Of a stretch of 64,000 nucleotides of DNA, positions 49,214-59,557 are shown piece after piece. The stretch comes from an uncultured virus (IMG/VR IMGVR_UViG_3300023110_000008) (lineage: Duplodnaviria > Heunggongvirae > Uroviricota > Caudoviricetes), in the IMG/VR virus record IMGVR_UViG_3300023110_000008; one strand, written 5' to 3'. The translations under genes were made by a program, and so were the position numbers. The notes under the pieces are model-generated. The model did not search any database. It saw only the letters and a list, made by a program, of their open reading frames with translations, and was not told the origin of the DNA. How positions within the stretch are numbered: the stretch's first letter is position 1; each line of letters begins with the position of its first letter.

Positions 49214-50277
49214 AAATAGCTCTATTAAATGATACTCATGCAGGTGTCAGAGGTGACATGGTTGCAATGGCCGAATATCAAGGTCGTTTCTACAATGAAG
49301 TCTTCTTTCCATACCTAGCTGAACATGACATCAAACACATCATTCATTTGGGTGATTACTTTGATAGACGTAAGTATGTAAACTTTGCAAGTCTTAAGGC
49401 AAATAGAGAACACTTTATTAAACCTATGCTTGAACAAGGCATATCTATGGACCTTATTATAGGTAACCATGATGTCTATTATAAATCAACAAACGATGTG
49501 AATGCACCAGAGTTATTACTATTTGGTGATGATTCAATCAATGTGATCACAGAACCTTCAGTAAAAGAATACGATGGTTTTAATATTGCACTTGTACCAT
49601 GGATTAATAATGAAAACTATGCAGACTCAGTAGACTTTCTGTTATCAGCAAATGCTAGTGTTTGTATGGGTCACTTTGAAATCGAAGGTGCATTGATGAT
49701 GCCTGGTGCCGTGTGTTCTCACGGTTTAGATATCAGTTACTTAAAAAGATTCGATAAAGTTTACAGTGGCCACTTTCATAGTAAATCTGAAGTGAAGAAC
49801 TGTAGATATCTAGGAAGTCAAATGCAATTTACATGGTCAGATTATGGAGACCCAAAATATTTCCATATCTTTGATACAGAAACACAAGAGTTAACACCAG
49901 TTTTAAACCCTTTAACAATGTTTGAAAAGGTATTCTATGATGATGAAAAAGAAACCTTTGAGACCATTATGAATAAAGATTACGACAAGTACTCAAACAA
50001 ATTTGTTAAGGTGGTCGTAGTCAACAAAGAAAATCCATATCTATTTGACAGTATGATAGATAAGTTACATGCAGTTAATCCTTTACACATGACTGTAGTA
50101 GATGACCATAAACACATGGACTTACTATCAGATGAAGAACTCGAAGGCGTGGAAGATACATTAACAATACTCAGTAAATATATTGACTCTCTGGAGATAC
50201 AAGGTGACAAAACCCAATTGTCAGAAATGATAACTTCGTTGTATAATGAAGCATTGGATGAACACGCTTATCTATGA
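49210..50277 (+). CDS. gp47: Recombination endonuclease subunit gp47 (Mre11-like)
   Basis: DTH.G, LGDYFDRRK, GNHD, GHFE, SGHFH. Confidence 0.95.
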   Translation: MKIALLNDTHAGVRGDMVAMAEYQGRFYNEVFFPYLAEHDIKHIIHLGDYFDRRKYVNFASLKANREHFIKPMLEQGISMDLIIGNHDVYYKSTNDVNAPELLLFGDDSINVITEPSVKEYDGFNIALVPWINNENYADSVDFLLSANASVCMGHFEIEGALMMPGAVCSHGLDISYLKRFDKVYSGHFHSKSEVKNCRYLGSQMQFTWSDYGDPKYFHIFDTETQELTPVLNPLTMFEKVFYDDEKETFETIMNKDYDKYSNKFVKVVVVNKENPYLFDSMIDKLHAVNPLHMTVVDDHKHMDLLSDEELEGVEDTLTILSKYIDSLEIQGDKTQLSEMITSLYNEALDEHAYL

Positions 50278-51992
50278 TACATTTTAAAAAGATTAGATGG
50301 AAGAATCTACTTTCATCTGGTAATAAGTTTACCACCATCGAATTAGATCGTTCACAAACAACACTAATTCTTGGTGAAAATGGTGCAGGTAAATCTACTT
50401 TACTTGATGCCCTTTGTTTTGGTTTATATGGTAAAGGTTTTAGAAACCTTAAGAAAGAACTATTAATCAATTCAATAAATGAAAAAGAACTCATTGTTGA
50501 GATCGAATTTTCTGTAGGTAAGAAAAACTACAAAGTAATTCGTGGTGCAAAACCAAATAAATTCGAACTCTATCTTAGTGATGTCCTGATCAACCAAGAT
50601 GCAACAATGAGAGACTACCAAGATCACTTAGAAAAGAACATACTCAAAATGAGTTATCGTTCCTTCACTCAAGTGGCAATTTTAGGTTCAGCTAACTTTA
50701 CTCCATTCATGCAGCTAAGAGCTCGTGATAGACGTAAACTAGTTGAAGACCTATTAGATATTTCTATCTTCTCTACTATGAAAGACATACTAAGGAAGAA
50801 ATTTGCAGATCATAGAATTGAACTGAAAGACACTGAACATCAAGTCGAGATTATGGAAGAAAGAATTGCTGGCTTGACTGATCAGATGAATGCACTTCAA
50901 CAAACACGTGATGAACAAATTGATAAGTATGAAAAAACCGTGAAAGAAACTGAAACTAATATTCAATCTTTAATGGGGAAAATCAATGAAAAGACGGAAA
51001 ATGTGGTGGAGAAAGAATCCGCCATCAAGAGTAAAGATTCTACAGAAAATAAACTTAAACAAGTTATTGATGTGGAGAAACAACTCGAAGCAGCTAGAAA
51101 GAAAGCACTTGCAGATATTGAATTCTACGAAAACAATGACAACTGCCCAACCTGTAAACAAGGTTTAGATCATGAACACAAGAAGAAACACATTCAGGAA
51201 AAATCTGATAAAATCTCTGAGATCAAGACGGCGATGTCTACTCTTGACGACCAACTTAAAGAACTCAATGACGAAGTTGATCGAATCACAGGAATACAAT
51301 CAGAAATTACAGAAGTCCAAAGAGAAATAGGACTTCTACAGACCGAAGTGTTGTCTAATCAAAAGTACATACAGAAGATAACCTCTCAGATAGAAGAACT
51401 TAGAAATAGCATCCAGAGTGACGGTGGTGTACAGGACAGACTAACCTCAAGTGAAGACGACCTAGATAAACTAGAGAGTAAAAAGAAATCTCTAACAGAA
51501 AAGAGTCATTACTATGAGATAGCAGCCTTACTCTTAAGAGACGAGGGTGTCAAACAAAAAATTATTAAACAATATGTTCCAGTGATGAACAAGTTAATCA
51601 ACAAGTATCTATCATCATTGGAGTTTTATGTTGGGTTTGAACTTGATGAAGGTTTCGAAGAGACTATCAAGTCCAGATTTAGAGACGTTTTCAAATATGA
51701 TAACTTCTCACAAGGTGAAAAGATGAGAATTGACCTTGCGCTTCTCTTTACATGGAGAGCAGTTGCAAGAATGAAGAATTCGGTGAACACTAACCTATTA
51801 ATATTAGATGAGGTTTTTGATTCTTCATTAGATGCTCAAGGTACCGATGACTTCTTAAGATTGTTAAATACTCTATCAGAGAAGACAAATGCTTTCATCA
51901 TATCACACAAAGGCGACCAACTCTACGATAAGTTTGAAGAGGTCATTAGATTTGAGAAGTATAAGAACTTCTCAAGAATTTCAGTGCAATAA
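50274..51992 (+). CDS. gp46: Recombination ATPase gp46 (Rad50-like)
   Basis: GENGAGKST, CPTC hook, FSQGEKMRIDLA, LILDEVFDSSLD. Confidence 0.96.
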   Translation: MIHFKKIRWKNLLSSGNKFTTIELDRSQTTLILGENGAGKSTLLDALCFGLYGKGFRNLKKELLINSINEKELIVEIEFSVGKKNYKVIRGAKPNKFELYLSDVLINQDATMRDYQDHLEKNILKMSYRSFTQVAILGSANFTPFMQLRARDRRKLVEDLLDISIFSTMKDILRKKFADHRIELKDTEHQVEIMEERIAGLTDQMNALQQTRDEQIDKYEKTVKETETNIQSLMGKINEKTENVVEKESAIKSKDSTENKLKQVIDVEKQLEAARKKALADIEFYENNDNCPTCKQGLDHEHKKKHIQEKSDKISEIKTAMSTLDDQLKELNDEVDRITGIQSEITEVQREIGLLQTEVLSNQKYIQKITSQIEELRNSIQSDGGVQDRLTSSEDDLDKLESKKKSLTEKSHYYEIAALLLRDEGVKQKIIKQYVPVMNKLINKYLSSLEFYVGFELDEGFEETIKSRFRDVFKYDNFSQGEKMRIDLALLFTWRAVARMKNSVNTNLLILDEVFDSSLDAQGTDDFLRLLNTLSEKTNAFIISHKGDQLYDKFEEVIRFEKYKNFSRISVQ

Positions 51993-52000
51993 ATAAAACT

Positions 52001-52645
52001 ATGTATGAACTTATAGAAGAAGCAAGTAAAGTACTCAGAACTCCACCACCCGAGTTTGACTTTGAGAACCCTAAGGAAGACCCTAAGGAAATCGAAAAGA
52101 ATATGGCAGAGGCGATGGATAAATTCGGTGGTATTGGCCTATCAGCAAATCAGGTTGGTCTACCATACAAAATGTTTGTTATGAAAACTGCTGATAAAGG
52201 TACAGTAGGTTTCTTTAACCCTAAGTTAACTAAAGCATCACAAGATACCGATCTTATGAAAGAGGGTTGTCTTTCTTTTCCAGACATCTATCTAATGATC
52301 AAAAGATCAAAGACAATAGAGTTTGAATACCAAGATAGTGATGGTGAAAAACATACGTTAGTGCTAGATGGTCTAGCAGCTCGATGTGTACAACACGAGA
52401 TAGATCACTTAAATGGTGTAATCTTCTTACAACGTGCCTCAAGATTAAAACTCGAAAGAGCATTGAAAGCACGACCAAAGGAAGAAAGAAAACGATTAGA
52501 ATATGAAAAACGAATGGCAATCGCAAGATTCATCCAACAACAACAAGAACTCGCAGAGTCAGAGTCCGTTTCAACCTCAGATGATTCAACATCTGTTGAC
52601 GAAGGAAGAAGCGAAGAATCTGATACTATTTCACAAAGCGCATAG
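52001..52645 (+). CDS. def: Peptide deformylase
   Basis: GIGLSANQVG, EGCLS and QHEIDHLNG motifs. Confidence 0.95.
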   Translation: MYELIEEASKVLRTPPPEFDFENPKEDPKEIEKNMAEAMDKFGGIGLSANQVGLPYKMFVMKTADKGTVGFFNPKLTKASQDTDLMKEGCLSFPDIYLMIKRSKTIEFEYQDSDGEKHTLVLDGLAARCVQHEIDHLNGVIFLQRASRLKLERALKARPKEERKRLEYEKRMAIARFIQQQQELAESESVSTSDDSTSVDEGRSEESDTISQSA

Positions 52646-53162
52646 AAACTTAGAGACTGTTGGAGACGGTTCTGATTACGTAGGTATCAGATTTCTACAC
52701 ATTAAAACTCAATGGGTCAGAGACCTTATATTTCGTTGCATCTACGATTTAGTTGGAGAAATTAAACTTACTTCACGTCAAACTGTTTGGCCTGAAATGA
52801 TATCTCTAAACGAATGGCCAATCGGTGGTATACAAGACCCACACTTAGATACATATTCAAACCAAGAAACAAAAATAAAAAGAAAAGATACAATAGTACC
52901 TGCCAGAGAATGGACATGTATACTATATTTGAACGATGACTTCAAAGGTGGTAGAACATACATTCCAGATGGTGAAACATTTGAACCAGAAGCAGGTACA
53001 GGACTATTGTTTCAAGGCATCTACATTCCTCATGGTGTCTCAAAAGTGAGAAGAAACTCACGTCACACAATATCATTTTGGTTCTCTACAGATCCAGACA
53101 AACAAATGATACAACACCCTATTCACAACTTAGACCTAGACGAAGACTCAGTACGCTTGTAA
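52581..53162 (+). CDS. 2OG-Fe(II) oxygenase, prolyl 4-hydroxylase-like
   Basis: HLD, CILYLNDDFKGG, HGVSKV and RHTISFW. Start could extend to 52503. Confidence 0.85.
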   Translation: MIQHLLTKEEAKNLILFHKAHRNLETVGDGSDYVGIRFLHIKTQWVRDLIFRCIYDLVGEIKLTSRQTVWPEMISLNEWPIGGIQDPHLDTYSNQETKIKRKDTIVPAREWTCILYLNDDFKGGRTYIPDGETFEPEAGTGLLFQGIYIPHGVSKVRRNSRHTISFWFSTDPDKQMIQHPIHNLDLDEDSVRL

Positions 53163-53165
53163 AGC

Positions 53166-53195
53166 TTGACAATGACCTCCATTTTTTGGTACCAT
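53166..53195 (+). promoter_or_regulatory. Early promoter TTGACA-N18-TACCAT
   Basis: Shares TTGACAATG with two other copies. Confidence 0.7.
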
Positions 53196-53223
53196 TACCA
53201 TCAAATAAAAAAAGGAGTAAATT

Positions 53224-53451
53224 ATGTCACATTTTTCAAACGATCTAATTGCTGATAAAGCAATTTCAGATGCAATCGATGTAGTCGATGCAATGTCAAA
53301 TATCAAAGTAAAACAGGTTCTACATCTAAATTTTGGTATCAATATACCAATGTGGAAGCTAGACTTAGATGAAGCAAGAGAGTTTCTAATCAATAGAATC
53401 TCTGAACAATTTTTTGAAGAAGCGATGGAAGCCCCTGGCCCAATGGGTTAG
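53224..53451 (+). CDS. Hypothetical early protein
   Basis: SD AAGGAG, downstream of an early promoter. Confidence 0.7.
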   Translation: MSHFSNDLIADKAISDAIDVVDAMSNIKVKQVLHLNFGINIPMWKLDLDEAREFLINRISEQFFEEAMEAPGPMG

Positions 53452-53458
53452 GAGACGC

Positions 53459-53488
53459 TTGACAATGACCACCAAAAAATTGTAGGAT
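53459..53488 (+). promoter_or_regulatory. Early promoter TTGACA-N18-TAGGAT
   Basis: GCTTGACAATGACC is identical to the 53164 copy. Confidence 0.7.
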
Positions 53489-53494
53489 ATACAC

Positions 53495-55828
53495 ATGACT
53501 GAGATAAGACAACAAAAAGACACGCTTGCAAAACTAATGGCAACAGAGAATATTACTGTTGTTCACAAAGCAATTCCAACTGCATACTTTGATGTTAAGA
53601 ACAGGGTTCTTGCCTGTCCTACATTCAAAGATGATATTTCATCCGAACTTTATGATCTGTTTATGGGTCACGAAGTAGGTCATGCTTTGTATACTCCTTA
53701 TGAGGGTCTACACTCTACTATCAAAAACAATAGAACATTGAAAGGTTATCTCAATGTGATAGAAGACGTTAGAATTGAGAGAAAGATCAGAGACAAATTT
53801 GCAGGTCTAAGAAAGTCTTTCTTCAAAGCATATGATGAACTAATGCAAAAAGATTTCTTTGGTATCAAAAATAGAGACCTTCAATCTCTATCTTTGATTG
53901 ATAAAATTAACTTAATTACAAAAGTAGGTTCAAGAGTTAACATCAAACTTAATGATGTAGAACAAGCATTCTTAGATGCCTCTTACAAGTGTGAGACATG
54001 GGAAGATGTTGTTCAAGTTGCAAATGCAATCTATGAATGGTCAAAAGAAAACGAGTCAAGAAATGAAGATGATAGTCAACTTGTTAAGACACTCCTAGGT
54101 GACGACTTCGATATCGACCTTGATGAAGAAGATGAAGAACCAACTTTTGGTGATCAATGGGAGGACACAGACGATGAATACGAAGACAATGAAGACGAAG
54201 ATACTTTTGGAGAAGACGGAGAAGATGAAGAACAAGCGTCTAAAGGCGATGATTCTTCTGAACAAAACACCGAAGAAGAATCAGAAGAAGAAAGAGACTT
54301 AAGTAAAGATACTTCTGGTAAAATGGGTGGTGAGTTCGATTCAGAAGATGGTGCTAGAGAGTCAATCACAGAACACAATGCTCACAGTAACGAGAACGAT
54401 TTTATTGATGAAAATGCAAGTATCAAAACTTATTGTAACCTCGACACATTCTTCGCAAAAGACGGTGTTGTCGACAAGATAATCGTAGGTTACAAAGATG
54501 TTTTCAAAGACTTTGATGCTCACAATGGACCTAAACCTGCTGAAGAATATAGAAGTGAATGGCACAATAAAGAATATCCTAGATGGATTGAAATGTCAGA
54601 GAAGGTTACAAAATACTTAAGCGACAAAAGTAAAAAAGTTGTCATGCATATGGCAAAAGAATTTGATATGAGACAAACAGCTAAACTTGCAGTGAGAGCT
54701 AGAGTTGCTAAGTCTGGTAAACTTGACATGAACAAACTTGCTAAGTATCAGATTATTGATGATGTGTTCAAACAAATGACATATCTTCCTAAAGGTAAGA
54801 ATCACGGTGTGCAAGTCTTACTTGACTGGTCTGGTTCGATTGCTAACGAAGCAAAAGATATCTTAGAACAAGCAATTATTCTTGCTGAGTTCTGTAGAAA
54901 AGTTCAACTACCTTACAGAGTTTATTTGTTCTCAGATTGTTATTCACCAGACAGTTCTTGGTATGACCATGACGGAAGATTAATTGAGATTCTTTCAAAT
55001 GAAATGACAGGTAGAGAACATAAAAAAGCTTTGAATGCTATATCTCAACTTTACATTGGGTCATGGGCAAGAAACATTAACTACTGGCAAACTAATGAGA
55101 AGACAGAAGCATTCTTTGAAGCAACTGGTTATGACCTTACACAAGACTCAGGATCATTAACTTGGAATATTGTTCCTAACAAATACAATTTCAGTGGTAC
55201 TCCACTTGATCACAGTATCATTGCTATGAGAAAGTTAGTACCTGCATTTAACAAAAGATATGGTATTGAAAAATCAATCTTAACAGTTGTTACTGACGGT
55301 TTTTCCCACGAATCTCAAATGTTAAAGAAAACAGATGAAGAGTATGCTGATCAGAGATCACAAGAAACAGAAGATTCATGGAGAGGCACGTCTCACAGAT
55401 ATCTAAAAGATCCGTACACAAAGGCGTCTTATCTGTTCGATGGTAATTACATTGATGCATGGAATAGAACTTGCAATTTATTAGAATGGATATCAGATAC
55501 AACTGGTGTCACTATCACAGGTTACTTTATCTTCAGTAAAAAGAGAGACTTCTCAAACCTAGTTTACTATCTCAAAGAGATTTCATGGTCAGAAGAAGCT
55601 TCTTCTTGGAGACAAATGAAAAAAACAGGTTTAGTAGTTAACTCAAAAGGCTACAACAAACTATTCTTAACTACATCAAACAACCTACTTGCTTCAGGTG
55701 ATGATGAGTTAGACACAGACTTAGTGGGTGCTAAGAAGTCTAAAGTACTTTCTGCTTTCAAAAGAAATCAGAAATCTAAAACTACTTCTAGATTTTTAAC
55801 AAACGAGTTCATAAAGGAGATCGCATAA
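53495..55828 (+). CDS. CobT-like metallopeptidase/VWA protein
   Basis: HEVGH zincin motif, NVIEDVRIE, acidic linker, and VWA MIDAS elements DWSGS, SGTPL and VTDG. Confidence 0.85.
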   Translation: MTEIRQQKDTLAKLMATENITVVHKAIPTAYFDVKNRVLACPTFKDDISSELYDLFMGHEVGHALYTPYEGLHSTIKNNRTLKGYLNVIEDVRIERKIRDKFAGLRKSFFKAYDELMQKDFFGIKNRDLQSLSLIDKINLITKVGSRVNIKLNDVEQAFLDASYKCETWEDVVQVANAIYEWSKENESRNEDDSQLVKTLLGDDFDIDLDEEDEEPTFGDQWEDTDDEYEDNEDEDTFGEDGEDEEQASKGDDSSEQNTEEESEEERDLSKDTSGKMGGEFDSEDGARESITEHNAHSNENDFIDENASIKTYCNLDTFFAKDGVVDKIIVGYKDVFKDFDAHNGPKPAEEYRSEWHNKEYPRWIEMSEKVTKYLSDKSKKVVMHMAKEFDMRQTAKLAVRARVAKSGKLDMNKLAKYQIIDDVFKQMTYLPKGKNHGVQVLLDWSGSIANEAKDILEQAIILAEFCRKVQLPYRVYLFSDCYSPDSSWYDHDGRLIEILSNEMTGREHKKALNAISQLYIGSWARNINYWQTNEKTEAFFEATGYDLTQDSGSLTWNIVPNKYNFSGTPLDHSIIAMRKLVPAFNKRYGIEKSILTVVTDGFSHESQMLKKTDEEYADQRSQETEDSWRGTSHRYLKDPYTKASYLFDGNYIDAWNRTCNLLEWISDTTGVTITGYFIFSKKRDFSNLVYYLKEISWSEEASSWRQMKKTGLVVNSKGYNKLFLTTSNNLLASGDDELDTDLVGAKKSKVLSAFKRNQKSKTTSRFLTNEFIKEIA

Positions 55829-56097
55829 TGAGAAATTTAGCAATTGATATAACCGAGTATGAAAGTCCTAGAGATCCAGGATTTAATACAAATAAACTTG
55901 CAGAAGCGATGATTCAGGTGGGTAAAGGCCCATGTGTAAAGTTTGACTGTAAGAGGCAAGAAGAATGTGCCTTAGAAAAAGTAGAATGTAAGGCATTCAG
56001 ATATTGGGTCAACAACGATTCTTATTTCACTATGAGAAAAAAGAAGAAGACATCTATTGATGTTGATCTAGGCAGACTATTGAAACCAATCGAATAA
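55828..56097 (+). CDS. Hypothetical Cys-containing protein
   Basis: PCVKFDC...EC....EC; SD AAGGAG. Confidence 0.65.
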   Translation: MRNLAIDITEYESPRDPGFNTNKLAEAMIQVGKGPCVKFDCKRQEECALEKVECKAFRYWVNNDSYFTMRKKKKTSIDVDLGRLLKPIE

Positions 56098-56102
56098 CAT
56101 GG

Positions 56103-56132
56103 TTGACAATGGGTGCTGTTTTTTAGTAGGAT
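56103..56132 (+). promoter_or_regulatory. Early promoter TTGACA-N18-TAGGAT
   Basis: Third copy of TTGACAATG with the same spacer length. Confidence 0.7.
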
Positions 56133-56173
56133 GGAATCATGATGAGATTAACTGATATTTTTAAGGAGACTAT

Positions 56174-57388
56174 ATGAGAAGTGAAGTTATCAATCTAGGT
56201 GATAAGAATTTTAGGTTATCACCAGATAAAGTAGAGTTTATAAACACTCTAAAAACTAATTTTCCAGATCAGTCTGTTTTCTCGAAAGAGGATTTAGACA
56301 CTCTGGATTATGTACCCTATTGGGTAAAATCTAAAAAGTATCCATTTACGAATGATACTAAAACTACTTTTGATCTAACACCTTTGATCAATAGTAATGT
56401 TGTTCCTATGACAACAAGGGCGATTCCTGCTAAAGTTCAAAGCAACATGCCTGTTGCTGCTCAGACAGAATCGATTAACATCTTAGAAGACAATGTCAAA
56501 ATTGTTCCTGAGAAAATGACTAATTATGTTCCTTTCGGACATTTCAAAGATGTCAAGAACATAATCAAGTCGAAGATTTTCTTCCCTGTTTTTGTCACAG
56601 GTCTTTCTGGTAACGGTAAGACTTTGATGATCGAACAGGTTTGTGCTCAACTGAAGAGAGAACTCTACAGAGTCAATATCACTATTGAGACCGATGAAGA
56701 TGATCTAATGGGTGGTCACACTCTAGTCAATGGTAACATTGAGTTCAGAGAAGGCCCTGTTATCAAGGCAATGAGAAAAGGCGCTGTTCTTCTCTTAGAC
56801 GAAGTCGATCTTGGTTCTAACAAACTTATGTGTTTACAATCAGTTCTTGAAGGTAAAGGTTACTTGATCAAGAAAACTGGTGAGTGGGTGACACCTAAAG
56901 AGGGTTTCACTATTCTTGCGACTGCAAACACTAAAGGTCAAGGTTCAGAAGATGGCAAGTTCATCGGAACTCAGATCATGAACGAAGCGATGCTTGAAAG
57001 GTTTGCGATCACTATGCAACAAGAATATCCTCCAGTGACAACTGAGAGAAAAATTCTTGAGAAAGAAATGGCATTGACTGGTGAAGTCGACACTGAGTTC
57101 ACAACCAAGTTAGTAGATTGGGCTGACATAATCAGAAAGACATACTACGAGGGTGCAATCGATGATGTTATCACAACAAGAAGACTTGTTCACATCGTCA
57201 ACGCTTTCAGAATGTTTGACGACAAACTCAAGTCAATCGAAATGTGTATCTCAAGGTTCGATGAAGAGACAAGAGCTGCTGTTCTTGACCTCTACACTAA
57301 AGTCGATGAGGGTGTTTCACTTAATGATGAAAATCCTCTAGACGAATCAGAGACTTCAGAGTATAATGATACCGATGAGTATGTTTAA
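56174..57388 (+). CDS. cobS: CobS/MoxR-like AAA+ ATPase
   Basis: GLSGNGKT, RVNITIETDEDDL.GG, LLLDE, TANTKG.G, NEAMLERF, TRRLVHI. Confidence 0.9.
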   Translation: MRSEVINLGDKNFRLSPDKVEFINTLKTNFPDQSVFSKEDLDTLDYVPYWVKSKKYPFTNDTKTTFDLTPLINSNVVPMTTRAIPAKVQSNMPVAAQTESINILEDNVKIVPEKMTNYVPFGHFKDVKNIIKSKIFFPVFVTGLSGNGKTLMIEQVCAQLKRELYRVNITIETDEDDLMGGHTLVNGNIEFREGPVIKAMRKGAVLLLDEVDLGSNKLMCLQSVLEGKGYLIKKTGEWVTPKEGFTILATANTKGQGSEDGKFIGTQIMNEAMLERFAITMQQEYPPVTTERKILEKEMALTGEVDTEFTTKLVDWADIIRKTYYEGAIDDVITTRRLVHIVNAFRMFDDKLKSIEMCISRFDEETRAAVLDLYTKVDEGVSLNDENPLDESETSEYNDTDEYV

Positions 57389-57674
57389 GAGAAAGATTGA
57401 CTACAAGTATAACGAGGACAAACTCCTGAAGGAGTTGTCCTCTTATATTGATAAGACGTATGATCAACATTACTCACTGAACAAATACCAATCCACTGAA
57501 TTTATTATTGACAGTGGACATGGTGAAGGTTTCTGTATCGGAAACATAATGAAATATGCACAAAGATACGGAAAGAAAAATGGGAAGAATAGGGCAGACT
57601 TACTTAAAGTAATTCATTATGCCATGTTCATGTTACACGTTCACGACAAGGAGGCTAACAGTGAAAATAAGTAA
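57375..57674 (+). CDS. Conserved phage protein (DUF3310-like)
   Basis: YKYNED, TYDQHYS, GFCIGNIMKYAQRYGKK.G...DLLK. Start uncertain (57366, 57375 or 57381). Confidence 0.75.
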   Translation: MSMFKRKIDYKYNEDKLLKELSSYIDKTYDQHYSLNKYQSTEFIIDSGHGEGFCIGNIMKYAQRYGKKNGKNRADLLKVIHYAMFMLHVHDKEANSENK

Positions 57675-58326
57675 TGAAACTAGAAGTATATTAAAAAACT
57701 TCGCAACTATAAATTCGGGAATCAAAGTCGATTCAGGTAATCAACTTAAGACAATCTCGAATATGAAAAATATCTTGGCAGTGGCAACGGTGCCTGAAAC
57801 ATTCAGCCAAGAGTTTAGTATCTACAATCTTGCAGAGTTCTTAGGTGCAACTTCGTTATTGGATAATCCTGAATTCAATTTCAATGAAAGTTCAGCATCT
57901 ATCTCAGACAATGATTCTGCTATGACTTACTTCTATGCAAGTGAGGGTATGGTGACTTCACCTGAAAAGATGATCACAATGCCAGATGCAGAGGTCAAGA
58001 TTGATTTATCATCAACACTACTAGATGAACTACAGAAAGCTGCAAGTGTTCTAGGTGTAAATGATTTAATTCTTAAATCAGATGGTACCAAGATTGAGTT
58101 TGTAGTTACTGATAAGAAGAATGCAACATCTAATACATTCAGTAGAATTGTAGGTGAAGGCAATGGTGTTTCATTCTCTATGAACTTCAAAATTGAAAAT
58201 TTAAAAATCTTACAAGGTAATTATGAAGTGTTTGTATCTTCTAAAGGTATATCAAACTTCAAAAACAAAGATGTGGACTTAGAGTACTTTATTGCACTAG
58301 AACCTGATTCAAAATATAATGTTTAG
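57661..58326 (+). CDS. gp45: Sliding clamp gp45
   Basis: GTG start after GGAGG. ILKNFATINSGI, FSIYNL.EFL, FKIENLK...GNY.V, YFIALE. Confidence 0.93.
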   Translation: MKISNETRSILKNFATINSGIKVDSGNQLKTISNMKNILAVATVPETFSQEFSIYNLAEFLGATSLLDNPEFNFNESSASISDNDSAMTYFYASEGMVTSPEKMITMPDAEVKIDLSSTLLDELQKAASVLGVNDLILKSDGTKIEFVVTDKKNATSNTFSRIVGEGNGVSFSMNFKIENLKILQGNYEVFVSSKGISNFKNKDVDLEYFIALEPDSKYNV

Positions 58327-58442
58327 CATATATATTAATAAGTGTGATAGAAGTGCCAGTCTCCGCTTCAATCATGGGAGTAGAGTGATCTCATCATCAA
58401 TCTTGGGTATTCTACACGACCATTCGGAGGGGTTTGGTCTCC

Positions 58443-59384
58443 ATGAGTAAGGAATTTCTTTACGTTGAAAAGTATCGTCCTCAAACAATTGAGGACACGA
58501 TACTTCCTGCATCTATCAAAAAATCATTCTTTGAGTTCGTAAAGAATGGTGAAATACCAAATCTATTACTAAGTGGTTCTGCTGGGGTTGGTAAGACTAC
58601 AGTTGCAAAAGCATTATGTAATGAATTGGGTGCAGACTTTATTGTCATTAACGGCTCAGACGAGGGCCGTTTGATTGACACCCTACGAACAAAGATCAAA
58701 AACTTTGCATCTACAGTATCACTTGCAGGTGGTCCTAAAGTTGTTATCTTAGATGAGGCAGATTACATATCTGCTGACTCAGTTCAACCTGCATTGAGAA
58801 ACTTTATTGAAGAGTTCTCTTCTAACTGTAGATTCATATTCACGTGTAACTATAAGAACAGGATTATTCCTGCTCTTCATTCTCGTTGTACTGTTATAGA
58901 TTTCAGTATCACACCAGAAGAGAAACAAAGACTAGCAAGTGTATTTCTCTCACGTCTCATGGAGATTTGTGATAGTGAAGGCATCAAATATGATACACAA
59001 GTACTAGTAGAACTTATTCTCAAATTCTTTCCTGACTTTAGAAGATGTCTAAATGAAGTGCAAAGATATGGTGCAAGTGGTGAGATTGACTCAGGCCTTC
59101 TTGCAACTTTATCAGAAGAGAAACTAACACCATTACTTGACATGTTAAAGGACAAAGATTGGGCTGGTATGAGAAAGTGGGTCGGTCAGAATTCTGATCA
59201 GGACTTCAACACTCTATATAGGAAGTTGTTCAATGCTTTAGAAAAGAAATTACAACCATCTAGTATACCTGCTTCAGTTTTATTAATAGCAGACTATCAA
59301 CATAAGTCTGCCTTTGCAATGGATTCAGAAATCAATTTCGTTGCATGTTTAACAGAAATTATGTCGGAGTGTAAATTCAAATGA
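58443..59384 (+). CDS. gp44: Clamp loader ATPase gp44
   Basis: VEKYRP, GSAGVGKTT, ILDEAD, SRC, FFPDFRR. Confidence 0.96.
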   Translation: MSKEFLYVEKYRPQTIEDTILPASIKKSFFEFVKNGEIPNLLLSGSAGVGKTTVAKALCNELGADFIVINGSDEGRLIDTLRTKIKNFASTVSLAGGPKVVILDEADYISADSVQPALRNFIEEFSSNCRFIFTCNYKNRIIPALHSRCTVIDFSITPEEKQRLASVFLSRLMEICDSEGIKYDTQVLVELILKFFPDFRRCLNEVQRYGASGEIDSGLLATLSEEKLTPLLDMLKDKDWAGMRKWVGQNSDQDFNTLYRKLFNALEKKLQPSSIPASVLLIADYQHKSAFAMDSEINFVACLTEIMSECKFK

Positions 59385-59557
59385 GTATATCAGAAGAAAT
59401 GAAATACCAGCTACAAATCATTGTTGATGCTGGTGAAATAGTTAAAGCATTAATAGAAGAGGGTCATGAAGATATCGCAATCTTTGACGAACCTCTTACC
59501 GATATCCTAGGTGCAACTAACGAAGTCTTACAAGAGATAGACGGAGGTTGGTCATAA
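59381..59557 (+). CDS. Hypothetical acidic protein, 58 aa (not in ORF track)
   Basis: ATGA overlap with the gp44 stop; MSISEEMKYQLQII...GGWS. Confidence 0.55.
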   Translation: MSISEEMKYQLQIIVDAGEIVKALIEEGHEDIAIFDEPLTDILGATNEVLQEIDGGWS

